Shown here: positions 51,729 to 63,959 of the stretch, piece after piece
Layout of the letters: each line of letters opens with the position of its first letter
Numbering within the stretch: the first letter of the stretch is position 1
DNA from: Macrostomum hystrix
Lineage: Eukaryota > Animalia > Platyhelminthes
DNA: 64,000 nucleotides
Assembly: GCA_950097015.1 (NCBI GenBank)
Contig: CATNEN010000001.1
Span: 1,984,001 to 2,048,000, forward strand
Direction: 5' to 3'
Made by a program: the position numbers and the translations under genes
The notes under the pieces: generated by a model
What the model saw: the letters and a program-made list of their open reading frames with translations, nothing else
Told to the model about the DNA's origin: nothing
The model's database searches: none

Positions 51729-53371
51729 ATGTCCTTCGTCATGAAAACGCAAGTTTGCAAAGCTATGCTGACTTTGCTACTTCTGCTTGACATCAATGGT
51801 AGATAATTTTCTTCCAATCTCCTTTTTTTAAAACCTAGCGTTAAAAAATTGCTTAAAACATGACTTAAAAAGTAACAAATTAAAATTTCCACTCTGTTTG
51901 TTTTCTGCCTATTAGAATCTGTTGAGGACAGTTCATCACATGAGTTTCTTCCCTCATTCAACATCAACAGCGTTGTCGACTGTCTGCGCTGACGTCAACA
52001 GCGGCCAAATCTTTGTCGAGCAGTCGGTCTCGCTCCGCCTGAACGACTCCGTGAGCAGCCGCGTCTTAAACGCCTCGGCCGATAACTTTCGCTCGAAGTT
52101 TGAGTGCCTGACCACATGCCAACGCACCGACTGCGCTGCCGCTAGAGCACTGAGGACATCGGTCAGCGACTGGGTCTGCCAGCTGCTGCTCATCAACGAC
52201 GCCTCGGTGGCTCCGGGACCGCCAGGGAGTCATGCCGAGCGGCTGTTTGAGCTCGGAGACGGCTGGAGACTGTGGCTGCCACACGAACTCGACCAGCTGC
52301 TGCGGTCTCGACGATTCACCAATGGTTCCATCGGATTTCAGAGTGAGTCTGTACAGTGAGACTGTTACAATAAGGCTGGCAGAGTGAATTGTGAGTCTAT
52401 GCTCACAAAAGTTCTGTCTATCTACACTACAGACTCGAGCATCAGGAGGAGCGGCTCCGTCCAGCTGACTGTCGTGAACGTGACAGGCTGCTACCGCTTG
52501 GAGGCCTGGGGCGCGGCAGGCGGGGCCAACACCTTCAACAACAAGGTCGGCGGCAGAGGTGCCTACTCAGCCGGCAGCTTCAATCTCACCGGAGGCACCC
52601 GGCTGTCGATCGTTGTCGGCCAGGCCGGAGGCGACGTCACAGCGGGCGGTGCCGGAGCTGGTGGCGGCGGTGGCAGCTTCGTGTACCGGACGAACGACAA
52701 TGCGCTTCTCCTTGCGGCTGGTGGCGGCGGCGGAGCTTCTTCTTGGGCTGCGGGTGAGTCGAGAATCCGATTTAAATTCCATTTGCCGAATAATGTTTAA
52801 CAATGTTTTAAGTCGAAAAGAAGTTTTTAAATTGATGGCGTCATTACTGACTTATAGTAGCAATTTGGAATTTTGAAATCGCACAACTTAAGGCCGACCC
52901 GGGCTGTCTGGCACCAGCGGCGGCGACTCTTTTGGTGATTTGAGCGCCAACACGGGCTTCGGAGGCAGCAACGGCCAGCCGGGGAACAACGGTGCTGGGT
53001 CGACTAGCGATTTCTACGGTGGCTGCGGCGCTGGCTGGCTCGGCAGGGCTGCGAATCGAACCAACGTCAGTCACGGCGACTCAGGCGCTGATCGCATCGA
53101 AAACTGGATCGGCGGTTTTGCGGGCTCCGCTGGAAACGGCGGTGACGGTGGATTCGGCGGCGGAGGCGGAGGCGGCAACGCCAACGGAGCTGCAGGAGGC
53201 GGCGGAGGCTTCAGCGGCGGAGGTGCCGGTGTGGGTGGTTACCACGCCGGTGGCGGCGGCGGCTCCTTCTGCAGCGGCGGCAGCTGCACCGGAGCAAACG
53301 CCGGCAACTCCGCCGACATTCAAGGCCGAGTAGTTTTCCGCATTCTAACCGAGACTGATGCCAACTGCTGA
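51729..53371 (+). CDS. Secreted PAN/Apple-like + ALK/LTK-type Gly-rich (TG) protein, copy B (intact, 413 aa)
   Basis: Exons 51729-51798, 51971-52342, 52433-52753, 52893-53371 (1242 nt, all phase 1). Signal peptide-like MLTLLLLLDINALSTVCA; PAN-like C-x3-C-x4-C-x13-CQL; TG motifs TGCYRLEAWGAAGG, GGRGA..FNL..G..LSIVVGQAGG, GGGGGSFV, LLAAGGGGG, GGFGGGGG, GGGGGFSGG, GGGGSF, GRVVF; stop with no TM helix. Confidence 0.85.
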
Positions 53372-54104
53372 ACCAATCGATATGCCAAACATTGACTAGA
53401 GTAAAAGTACTTCGTTAAAAATCAGATGCACAAAAATACGTACAACAGTCCTTGCCTCCCTAAAGCCTTACTGATCCAGCAGCACAGAGTGTTAGTGTTT
53501 TTGTTAATTTGTCTATCACAAAACCATGTTCCCAATTTTTACGACTGACTTTTCATAACGATAAAATTATTCTTAAGTGGTCTTGGGTATTGTGCTCGAT
53601 CATAAAATATTTGCAAGGACTTCAGAGTTATCACACCTCAGTATATAATTACATTGATAATAATCAGCAATCAGCAATAAAACACGAGCTCCTTGAAACA
53701 CAACAATGGCGTCGCGACAGCTCGTACTAGACCTGATATCGGCCGAAAAAGCAAGATCGTGGCTTATCGATTCAAAGAATTTGCATTTGCGAAAGGATGA
53801 AAGGGCGTCTTTTTAGGCAAACAAGTTTCGGACAACTTTCTGGCATGCGGTCGGCTCCATCTGGTACCACTTGTAACACGAGGCCTTGTAACACGAGTAA
53901 AAATCAAGCCCCGTGAGGCGGTGCTCCAACTTATGCAAGTTGGAATTCATCAATTAGCGATGTACATAGAGAGAGAGCGAACGTAAATTAGAAGCGATAT
54001 AATTATTCAGCTAATTCGTCATCGTTCACGGTAACAGTTCGACAGTACAGTTTTCACTCGTAATTACTCGTGATCGTGATTCCGAATGTAAACTGCACAC
54101 AAAA

Positions 54105-56547
54105 TCAGCATGCAGACGGCAGCAGTTGCAGCACAACTTGTCCATGCTGACTGTCGCTGTTGCCACCAGTGACGGCAGTACAGTCGACGCCGTCACAGAA
54201 GGAGCCGCCTCCGCCGCCAGCGTGATTGCGTCCAATTCCAGCGCCGCCGCCGCTCTATCCTCCGCCGGCACCTGCGGCACCCCCTCCGCCTCCGCTGCCG
54301 CCGCTGCCACCGCCACCGCCAAAGCCGCCATCTCCAGTGTTGCCACTTCCAGCGATGCCACCCGTCCAGCCTTGATTTGGGCCTCCGCCTCGGTCACCGT
54401 CGTTGGCACTGCGCCTCGAGTTCCCGGCCTGACCCAGCCAGCCAGCACCGCAGCCTCCGTGATTGCTGCTCGGGGGTGTGTCGCTTGGTTTGTTAAATCC
54501 CGGACTACCATTCGTCCCACCAAAGCCAGCATTAGAGCCAGGATTAGTTGAATCCGATCCGTTCACACTCGACTGGCCGGGAAAGCCTAGGAAATCAGGT
54601 CAGTGAACAGTTTGCAAATTCAAATAGGCATTGGCCAGTAGCTAAAGGCAGTGGTGCCAATGTTACACAGGTGCCTGGTTATGGGTATTCTGTTCGATTG
54701 TAGCTTACATGTCAATCTCGGCAACATACTGGGAATGTTTCAGTCAAGCGAGTACTACTCCAACTCCTACTGCTTATAGTAACATTTGCAGGAGGGCTTT
54801 GAACACAGGCATTCTATTTGATAACATTTGAACCTCAGCCTGAGGCAGACAATACCACAGACTCCAAGCGACACCCGGGACCGAAAATTCCTTAAGAAAA
54901 CGGAAGTGGACACTCATAAACCAAAGTAGAAAGCGATATAAGTCACATTTAATTGTGAATGGTACAGTGAGTACTGCCAGGGTTGTATTTGTGAATTAGC
55001 TTTTATAATTCTCGCGTTTTATAGTGTTGATGCGTATACATCAAGCGCTAAGGTCCCTGAGCTCGATTCCGCAGCCGTTTGCCCTTGAGGGCAAACCACC
55101 AAGGCACAGTGAGAGTGTGCAATACCTGACGATGAGAAAGTCAGGGAAGATGTACACACCTGTGTGAGTGACTGCGTACATTATCTATGTGCATGTGTGT
55201 TTAGGAGTCAGCTGGCTACTGGGAAAATTCGTCTCTTCGCTGGCTGCATCTAATATCACCGAATAATGTACCTTTGCGAGCAGCCCTCAAAAAGCAGTCT
55301 GAAAAATACTTTGTACGAGCTCGGGGACGCTCTAGTTTACAATTAATGCCAGCTTTGTTAGAAAAACCGACCTGAGAGGGAGAATGACGCCCCTCCTCCG
55401 CCTCCCGCCGCTACCAGTGGGCGATTGGCACCGTTGACATACACGAAGCTGCCACCTCCTCCGCCGCCGCCGTTGCTGCCATCCGTGGCTGGTCCTCCGG
55501 CCTGGCCGACAAGAATCGACAGCTGGACGCCGGCAGTCAGGTTGAAGCGGCCCGACATGAAGGCTCCGCTGCCGCCAGTTGTGCCGGTGACGCTGTTAGA
55601 GCCGCCCGCAGCGCCCCAGGCGTTGATGCTGTAGCAGCCGGTGAAGTTGATTGACAGCTGCTGGATGGAGCCCAGCCTGCCCGAGTTGGAATCTGAGAGA
55701 CAGTTCCAGCGATTGTGTGAATTCAGTTTACAGGCTTTAAGCTGAGGACTGATAATAATTTTATTTTCAAACGAAACTGCGTCCAAAGTTTATTAAGTTA
55801 GCTTAGAAAATTCTCTGCTAATAGGCGGTATAAAAGTACGTCGTAGTGCTTTTTTATAATCAGTGTACAATTTAGGAAGCAGCACATGTTTGAGAATGCT
55901 CCTTGTGAAATCAGGGGACAACAGTGAACGCGATTCTACCGTAAAAAACATAAATGCTGTGAAAAATGTAATACAAAACTTAACAATTTAATACTCAAGG
56001 CTCACTGTTAAACTTGTAGAGGAGCATTCTGCTCAGCAGCACTTCCTGGAAGTTCCACAGCTTCCACACCTTAGCTCCGGGCTCGACGCCGATCGTTCTG
56101 GTCACGTGACTGGCATTCGACCTCCGCGTGCCGTTGGACTCGTCGTTCAAGAAGACCAGCTGGCAGACACCGGCGCTGTCGATCACGCTGACGGCTGCGC
56201 AGTCTCTCTCGGAGCACAGGTTCAGGCAGCCGAGCTCCTTGCTCCAGGCGGTCTCGTTGATGACATCAGAGCTGACAGCCGTGCTGATGATCAGCGGGCT
56301 GGGAGCGGCGTGCTCGACGAAGGTTGCAGCGTTGCAGAGCAGAGCACTGCTAACTAAGAATTTGAGATGGTCTTGTCTGTTCAATTCGTGCAACTGAGCA
56401 GCATGTTTCTGATATTGTTCAATTTTCATGCCCAGTGCCTTAATAGATTAAGCAGCGATCATTTCATTTACTTAAGCAGTAGTAAATAATCATCTGAAAA
56501 CGGTTACCTGAAGTTAGAACTTGCAGTAGTTCGCCAATGAATCTCAT
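54105..56547 (-). pseudogene. PAN-TG family copy C (divergent subtype) with a single in-frame TAG
   Basis: Exons 56547-56508, 56353-56006, 55692-55372, 54586-54105; TAG at 54257-54255 where copy B has Phe; frame stays open and homologous to TGA at 54107-54105. Confidence 0.75.
55049..55290 (+). mobile_element. SINE family 1, deleted copy in copy C intron 3
   Basis: Shares CCCTGAGCTCGATTCCGC and AAGGCACAGTGAGAGTGT..GATGAGAAAGTCAGGG blocks. Confidence 0.7.
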
Positions 56548-57776
56548 ATCAAGTCGAGTTTTTGTGACGTTATTGCTAAGTTTTTGTTTTTTGTTCTATT
56601 TGTTTAACTTTTGCCTTGGTTTTGGCTGTCTCAAACGGCGAAACTCAGGTCTCAGGTAGAAGCCATCGGAAGCTAATTGGCTCTCCTATATAGTCTACAG
56701 GAAGCGCTGATGAATAATTATTCTCCATGTGAACTAGCAGCAACTGCCTTTACCAATCGGCTTTGCCAATTAAGCCGCAATCGTCACTGCTGAACGACTT
56801 GCGTGCTGAATTCAGCGAGGCCAGCTTCCACAGAGCCTCATTATTTCTTTTAAGTATTTTAGAAGCAGAAGACATAATGTGGAGCACTGGTAAGCCTTCA
56901 AATTAGTCTGTCAGGTAGAAATGCGTTTCTGAGAAAGGCTCGGACTTTAGTTCATGCTTTTTGGATCTATTCCGATTGACGCAAATGTTAAGCCCACTTT
57001 TAGTATTTTGTTTGAGAAACCGATGAAAAATTTACTAGCAAAGCCTGTTGCATTGTACAGTTTCTCGCCATTTGCCATTTGCTGCTCACAAACCTTGTAC
57101 CGTTAGTAGCTATTCCAGAGTTTGTTATAAAGAGCCATTGTAACTCCGACTTTAGTTAGCTCAGATTTGGGGTCAATTTCCGAAAACAGTTGCTTCCCTG
57201 TCTCTTTCTCGCGTTCTGCTGCATTAGTGTCTTAGGCTGTAATCGACGATGAATTCGACTGAAAACGGAACAGCACAACATTTTTAGGAATTTTCGTGCA
57301 CATAAACGACTTTTTTATTTCCTTTTTTTATCTTTTCTTTATGCCTTTGGGAGTCAGTATAAGCTATAAATATAAATATACAAGTTTCCTGAGCTCGATT
57401 CCACCGCGAGGCCAAATTCATGGTCTTGGGGGCTCGGCGAAACTTTCCCGAAACGTTTCTGAAATTATCATTTGTAGTTATTATGGTTTCATAAATTTTC
57501 TCATCTTGTTAGCTGTGCCGCAGAGCGCATAAGGCAAACAGGCCTAAACTCGCAAAACTTTCCAATTGCTGGTTGAAGGCTTTTGTTCTCAGATCTTGAA
57601 ATAAAAAACTTCAGCTTCCGTCTGAAAAAGTTCTTGCTGGGCCTTAAAGACATTGGGACAAGCCACTTAAAAGCAGGCACAAAAGACTGAAATTCTGGCA
57701 TCTGTCGCTTCTAAAAGAAGAAAAAAGTGCAGCAACGATATTAGCAGACTGTTAGAGCACGGGAAGGACAATTGCC

Positions 57777-59405
57777 ATGATGACAGAGTCATTCAAAATT
57801 CTGCTAAGCTACAATGCTGGTGAGTAAATATTTATTCATTTGGATTAACAACAATTTTCTTAAGACTGTCGATTGAAAAAAGTGTTCGGAAAGCGTCATA
57901 AATTTATGCCTTATGGAGGCGTCACATTCATGAAGTTCCGCCACTGTGTTCAGGCGCATGTGCCAATCTGATTCTGGCCCACATTCGCCCAGTGTTCATG
58001 GATGTCTCTGCTGACGTCAACAGCGGCCGAATCTTCTTCGAGCAGTCTTCCGCATTGCGCCTGAACGACTCCGTGAGCAGCCGCGTAGTAAACGCGTCAA
58101 TCGCCTCGCTGAGGGCCGATGTAGAGTGCCAGAGCGCCTGTTTACGCATCGACTGTGGCGCCACGCGAGCTCTCAGGACGTCGACGAGCGACTGGGTCTG
58201 CCAGCTGCTGCTCATCAACGACGCCTCGGTGGCTCCGGGACCGCCAGGGAGTCATGCCAGCGGCTGTTTGAGCTCGGAGACGGCTGGAGACTGTGGCTGC
58301 CACACGACCTCGACCAGCTGCTGCGGTCCCGACGATTCACCAATGGTTCCATCGGATTTCAGAGTGAGTCTGTACAGTGAGACTGTCAGAGTAAGGCTGT
58401 CGCAGTGAGTTGTGAGTCTATGTGAAAAATATAGGTTCAATCGTCGCTGTAGACTCGAGCATCGGGAGGAGCGGCTCCGTCCAGCTGACTGTCGTGAATG
58501 TGACCGGCTGCTACCGCTTGGAGGCCTGCGGCGCGGCAGGCGGGGCCAACACCTTCAACAACAAGGTCGGCGGCAGAGGTGCCTACTCAGCCGGCAGCTT
58601 CAATCTCACCGGAGGCACCCGGCTGTCGATCGTTGTCGGCCAGGCCGGAGGCGACGTCACAGCGGGCGGTGCCGGAGCTGGTGGCGGCGGTGGCAGCTTC
58701 GTGTACCGGACGAACGACAATGCGCTTCTCCTTGCGGCTGGTGGCGGCGGCGGAGCTTCTTCTTGGGCTGCGGGTGAGTGAAAAATCTCCGTTGATTGTT
58801 TAAATTTAATTTGCATTGTAAAAGAACTTTCAAAAACAATGATAAAAGTTGAATAAAAAATTGTTTTGATGGCGTCTTTACTGACTTGAAGTATCAATTT
58901 TAAATCTCTACCTCACAAAATTTCAGGCCGACCCGGGCTGTCTGGCACGAGAGGTAGCCACTCCTTCGGGCAAGAAAGCGCCAACACGGGCTTCGGAGGC
59001 AGCAACGGCCAGTCGGGGAACAACGGTGCTGGGTCGACTAGCAACTTCTACGGTGGCTGCGGCGCTGGCTGGCTCGGCAGGGCAGCGAATCGAACAAACG
59101 TCGGTTACGGCGACTCAGGCGCTGATCGCATCGAAAACTGGATCGGCGGTTTTGCGGGCTCCGCTGGAAACGGCAGTGACGGTGGATTCGGCGGCGGAGG
59201 CGGAGGCGGCAACGCCAACGGAGCTGCAGGAGGCGGCGGAGGCTTCAGCGGCGGAGGTGCCGGTGTGGGTGGTTACCACGCCGGTGGCGGCGGTGGCTCC
59301 TTCTGCAGCGGCGGCAGCTGCACCGGAGCAAACGCCGGCAACTCCGCCGACATCCAAGGCCGAGTAGTTTTTCGCATTCTGACCGAGACTGATGCCAATT
59401 GCTGA
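57777..59405 (+). pseudogene. PAN-TG family copy D (frameshifted)
   Basis: Exons 57777-57819, 57993-58363, 58453-58773, 58927-59405; 1-nt deletion after 58258 (GCC-AG vs GCC-GAG in B), 15-nt deletion in the signal-peptide core versus copy E, EAW>EAC. Confidence 0.8.
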
Positions 59406-60497
59406 GCTAGCTGCTTCGGCTCCGTAGCCGACTACCGGACTTCCTTTGACCACGAAGTTGTAGTTCGAACTTCAGCCTAGGAAATAACTGTAGTCAAGCA
59501 AGACACGAAACAGTCCATTGCAACAGTTAAAACTGCAAATGAACTTGTACTTTGCTATGTGAAATTACTTTAACTGCGCCAAAGGCTGTTCATTTGGCCC
59601 AACTTGGTTTGGTTTAAAGGCGATCTCTCTGGGCGAACCAAACCCCCTACACAAGTACGATATCTGTTTCTTGCTTCAAAATATTGCTTTTAATTTTTTA
59701 TTTGCAATACCTTTTATAAGTCTGCAGATAAGAAACAAAAAAGTTTTTATTCAGCGTAAATGCAATGAAAAACCGCCACTTCAAATGACACATTATGGCA
59801 TCGCCGTCTTTCAGCCAGCCGGCTCACTAAGCGGCGGGGTTTGCGAAGTCACACCACCTTTTCGCACCTCCCTAGTCTCCTATCCCGCTCTCGCGTTGTT
59901 TGCTTTCGGATATAAATATAAAATACACGCCATACAGCCCCACTATCTTCGCTGCCATTCCATCTCTTAAACAAAAAATCCTTCCGCCTTAAGATGACAA
60001 TTTCTTCATCTCTAATGTTATCCTGCACTCGTCTTGAGTATACGAGACTTGAGAATTACGAGTATACTCTTAAGTTTAGCGAAACGCTACAGCTGTCAAT
60101 TATGTTTCATATTCCGCTTCTAATTGGCATGAGCTCTCAAACTGACAATTCAAATCTGACTTGCACTTGAAATTTTTTTTGCGAAAAAACTTCTGTCGAT
60201 CGCGTTTGAAATTCGCTACTCAACATCGTTCGGCGTACTATGTGTCTTAGCTTGAGCAAGAATTAAAGTCAAACTTCAAACTACCATATAATAATAACTT
60301 ATATCTAGCATATAAATAGCATAAATAATGAGGACTGATGGTAATTTCAAATGCCATAAAAGGACCAAAACCCAGAACAGTCGCCAGTCCAGGGCCGCAG
60401 TCCCGTCTCGTTCGCACAGCCTCCGTAAAGCCCCCTGAAGCTCAATATCACAGGGACCTCAGAGCAGTCTGCTTGGCCTTTCAGGGCACGGTTGCAC

Positions 60498-60984
60498 GGG
60501 GACGTTCTAGTTTACAATAATGCCAGCATTGTTAGAAAAAAACCGACCTGAGCGGGAGAATGACGCCCCTCCTCCGCCTCCCGCCGCTACCAGTGGGCGA
60601 TTGGCACCGTTGACATACACGAAGCTGCCACCTCCTCCGCCGCCGCCGCTGCTGCTTAGAAAATTCCTTTCTAATATGCGGTATAAAAGTTCGTCGTAGT
60701 GCTTTTTTATAATCAGTGTACAATTTAGGAAGCAGCACATGTTTGAGAATGCTCCTTGTGAAATCAGGGGACAACAGTGAACACGATTCTACCGTAAAAA
60801 GCATAAATGCTGTGAAAAAACTCAATAATTTAATACTGAAGGCTTACTTTTAAACTTGTAGAGGAGCATTCTGCTCAGCAACACTTCCTGGAAGTTCCAC
60901 AGCTTCCACACCTTAGCTCCGGGCTCGACACCGACCGTTCTGGTCACGTGACTGGCATTCGACCTCCGCGTGCCGTTGGACTCG
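60498..60984 (-). pseudogene. PAN-TG family copy F (deleted remnant of C subtype)
   Basis: Colinear with 55325-55475 and 55800-56142, with an internal deletion. Confidence 0.8.
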
Positions 60985-61742
60985 ACTTGGAAGCGTTGGT
61001 ACGAGCATTACCTAGCAGTAAAACGAAGATTTGCCGGCTGCCAGTTTCCATGTTTTCTGGGATCTTTTTGATGAGTAGCCCTTGGCGACAGGTAGTTTTC
61101 TACCTGTTGAAGAGTGAAGAAATTCAAGAAACGGGAGCTGAAATGCTCTCGTTAAGGAAATTTTTCAAGCCCCGCAAGCCGTAGTGGATCTTCTACAGTT
61201 AGGAAGAAACACGTTTGTGTTGAGTATAGAGTTACATTGAGAATATTCGCTTGACAACTCCACTTCTTTAGTGTTGAATAATTTTTTGCGGCGTCTGTGA
61301 GTCTTTTGTTTCTTGTTTACGAAAGCACAGTCTTTTATCAATATTACTTTATTAATCATTATTCTTTATTTTCTTGATCAACTGTTCACAAACGGGTGCT
61401 TCATATACTAATTAAAATGTCGCTTAAAAGACATTGTAAAAATATTTATAATAATAATAAAACAATGGACTAAACCTGCCTCAATCGGGACAGACGTGCA
61501 ACCTACGGCACAGCCGCAGTAATGCCACGTAGAGCAATGAATATTCTAAGATAGTTTAGGCGGTACTTAGCTTGTTGTCTTGACATTTGACAAGTTTTTT
61601 TCAGGTCAAGAGTAATTACGAGTGAAAACTGTACTGTCGAACTGTTACCGTGAACGATGAAGAATTAGCTGAATAATTATATCGCTTCTAATTTACGTAC
61701 GCTCTCTCTCTCTATGCACATCGCTAATTGATGAATTCCAAC

Positions 61743-62377
61743 TTACATAATTATAGCGAGCACTGCCTCACGGGGCAGATGGTACCAGATGGAGCTGAAT
61801 CGTCGAGACCGCAGCAGCTGGTCGAGGTCGTGTGGCAGCCACAGTCTGCAGCCGTCTCCGAGCTCAAACAGCCGCACGGCATGACTCCCTGGCGGTCCCG
61901 GAGCCACCGAGGCGTCGTTGATGAGCAGCAGCTGGCAGACCCAGTCGCTGACCGATGTCCTCAGTGCTCTCGCGGCAGCGCAGTCGGTGCGTTGGCATGT
62001 GGTCAGGCACTCAAACTCCAAGCGAAAGTTATCGGCCGAGGCGTTTAAGACGCGGCTGCTCACGGAGTCGTTCAGGCGCAATGCGGAAGACTGCTCGAAG
62101 AAGATTCGGCCGCTGTTTACGTCAGCAGCGACAGCCGTGAACACTGGGCGAATGTGGGCCAGAATCAGATTGGCACATGCGCCTGAACACAGTGGCGGAA
62201 CTTCATGAATGTGACGCCTCCATAAGGCATAAATTTATGACGCCTTCCGAACACTTTATTTTTCAATCGTAGGTCTTAAGAAAATTGTTGTTAATCCAAA
62301 TGAATAAATATTTACTCACCAGCATTGCTGAGTAGAAGGAAGCAGCTTAGCAGAATTTCGAATGATTCGGTCATCAT
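61743..62377 (-). CDS. PAN-TG family copy E, truncated to signal peptide + PAN domain (~152 aa)
   Basis: Exon 1 62377-62320 (MMTESFEILLSCFLLLSNA), exon 2 62143-61743 open; after SRRF the sequence switches to a copy of the B-C intergenic region (53853 onward) and stops at TAA. Confidence 0.6.
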
Positions 62378-63959
62378 GGCAGTTGTCCTTCCCGTGCTCT
62401 AACAGTCTGCTGATATCGTTGCTGCACTTGTTTCTTCTTTTAGAAACGACAGATGCCAGAATTTCAGTCTTTTGTGCCTGCTTTTAAGTGGCTTGTCCCA
62501 ATGTCTTTAAGGCCCAGCAAGAACTTTTTGAGACGGAAGCTGAAGTTTTTTATTTCAAGATCTGAGAACAAAAGCCTTCAACCAGCAATCGGAAAGTTTT
62601 GCGAGTTTAGGCCTGTTTGCCTTACGCGCTCTGCGGCACAGCTAACAAGATGAGAAAATTTATGAAACCAAGATGGCGATTCAGGTATGAGGAAAGCATT
62701 TCCACCGTCTTCTGCACCCAGTAACAGCGGAAGATCGCCTTTTTACCTTGGCCAGTGAAAATCTAGTTTTGAATTAAAATTGAGCCACTATGTGCAATAA
62801 ACCTAAGACTTGGCTCCTTCTAAAATTGAAAGCTGAGATGCACGATTTTCCTCCGGCATGCAACCTAAAAGCAATCTTTTAGTTTTCTAGCTTCCATTCT
62901 AACGACGAAAATGGCCAGGTAAAAAAGTCCAGAATTACTAATTAAGCGCCTAAAGAATTAGTAAGGCGTTTAATTATGCAGTGGTCCTACAAGAAGGGAA
63001 TTATGCACTATTCTCCAGAATAACTCGAACTGATAATTTCAGAAACGTTTCGGGAAAGTTACGCCGAGCCACCAAGACCATGAATTTGGCCTCGCGGTGG
63101 AATCGAGCTCAGTAAACTTGGTGCGAGAAGCAAACCAATAAAAATATAAATATGCAGATATATTTATATTTATAGATTTTACTGACTCCCAAAGACATAA
63201 AGAAAAGACATGAAAATAGGAATAATAAGTCATTTATGTGCACGAAAATGCCTAAAAATGATGTGCTGTTCCGTTTTCAGTCGAATTCATCGTCGATTAC
63301 AGCATAAGACACTAATGCAGCAGAACCTGAGAAAGAGACAGGGGAGCAACTCTTTTTAGAAATTGACCCCAAATCTGAGCTAACTAGAGTCGGAGTTACA
63401 ATGGCTCTTTATAAAAAACTCTAGAATAGCTACTAACGGTACAAGGTTTGTGAGCAGCAAATGGCAATAGGCTCACGAGAAACTGTACCTCGCAACAGGC
63501 TTGGCTAGTAAATTTTTCAAATTTGCGTCAATCGGAATAGATCCAAAAAGCGTGAACTAAAGTCCAAGCCTTTCTCAGAAACGCATTTCTACCTGACAGA
63601 CTAATTTGAAGGCTTTCCAGTGCTCCACATTATGTCTTCTGCTTCTAAAATACTTGAAAGAAATAATGAGGCTCTGTGGAAGCTGGCCTCGCTGAATTCA
63701 GCACGCAAGTCGTTAAGCAGTGACGATTGCGGCTTAATTAGCAAAGCCGATTGGTAAAGGCAGTTGCTGCTAGTTCACATGGTGAATAATTATTCATCAG
63801 CGCTTCCTGTAGACTATATAGGAGAGCCAATTAGCTTCCGATGGCTTCTACCTGAGACCTGAGTTTCGCCGTTTGAGACAGCGAAAACCAAGGCAAAAGT
63901 TAAACAAATTGAACAACAAACAAAAACTTAGCAATAACGTCACAAAAACTCGACTTGAT

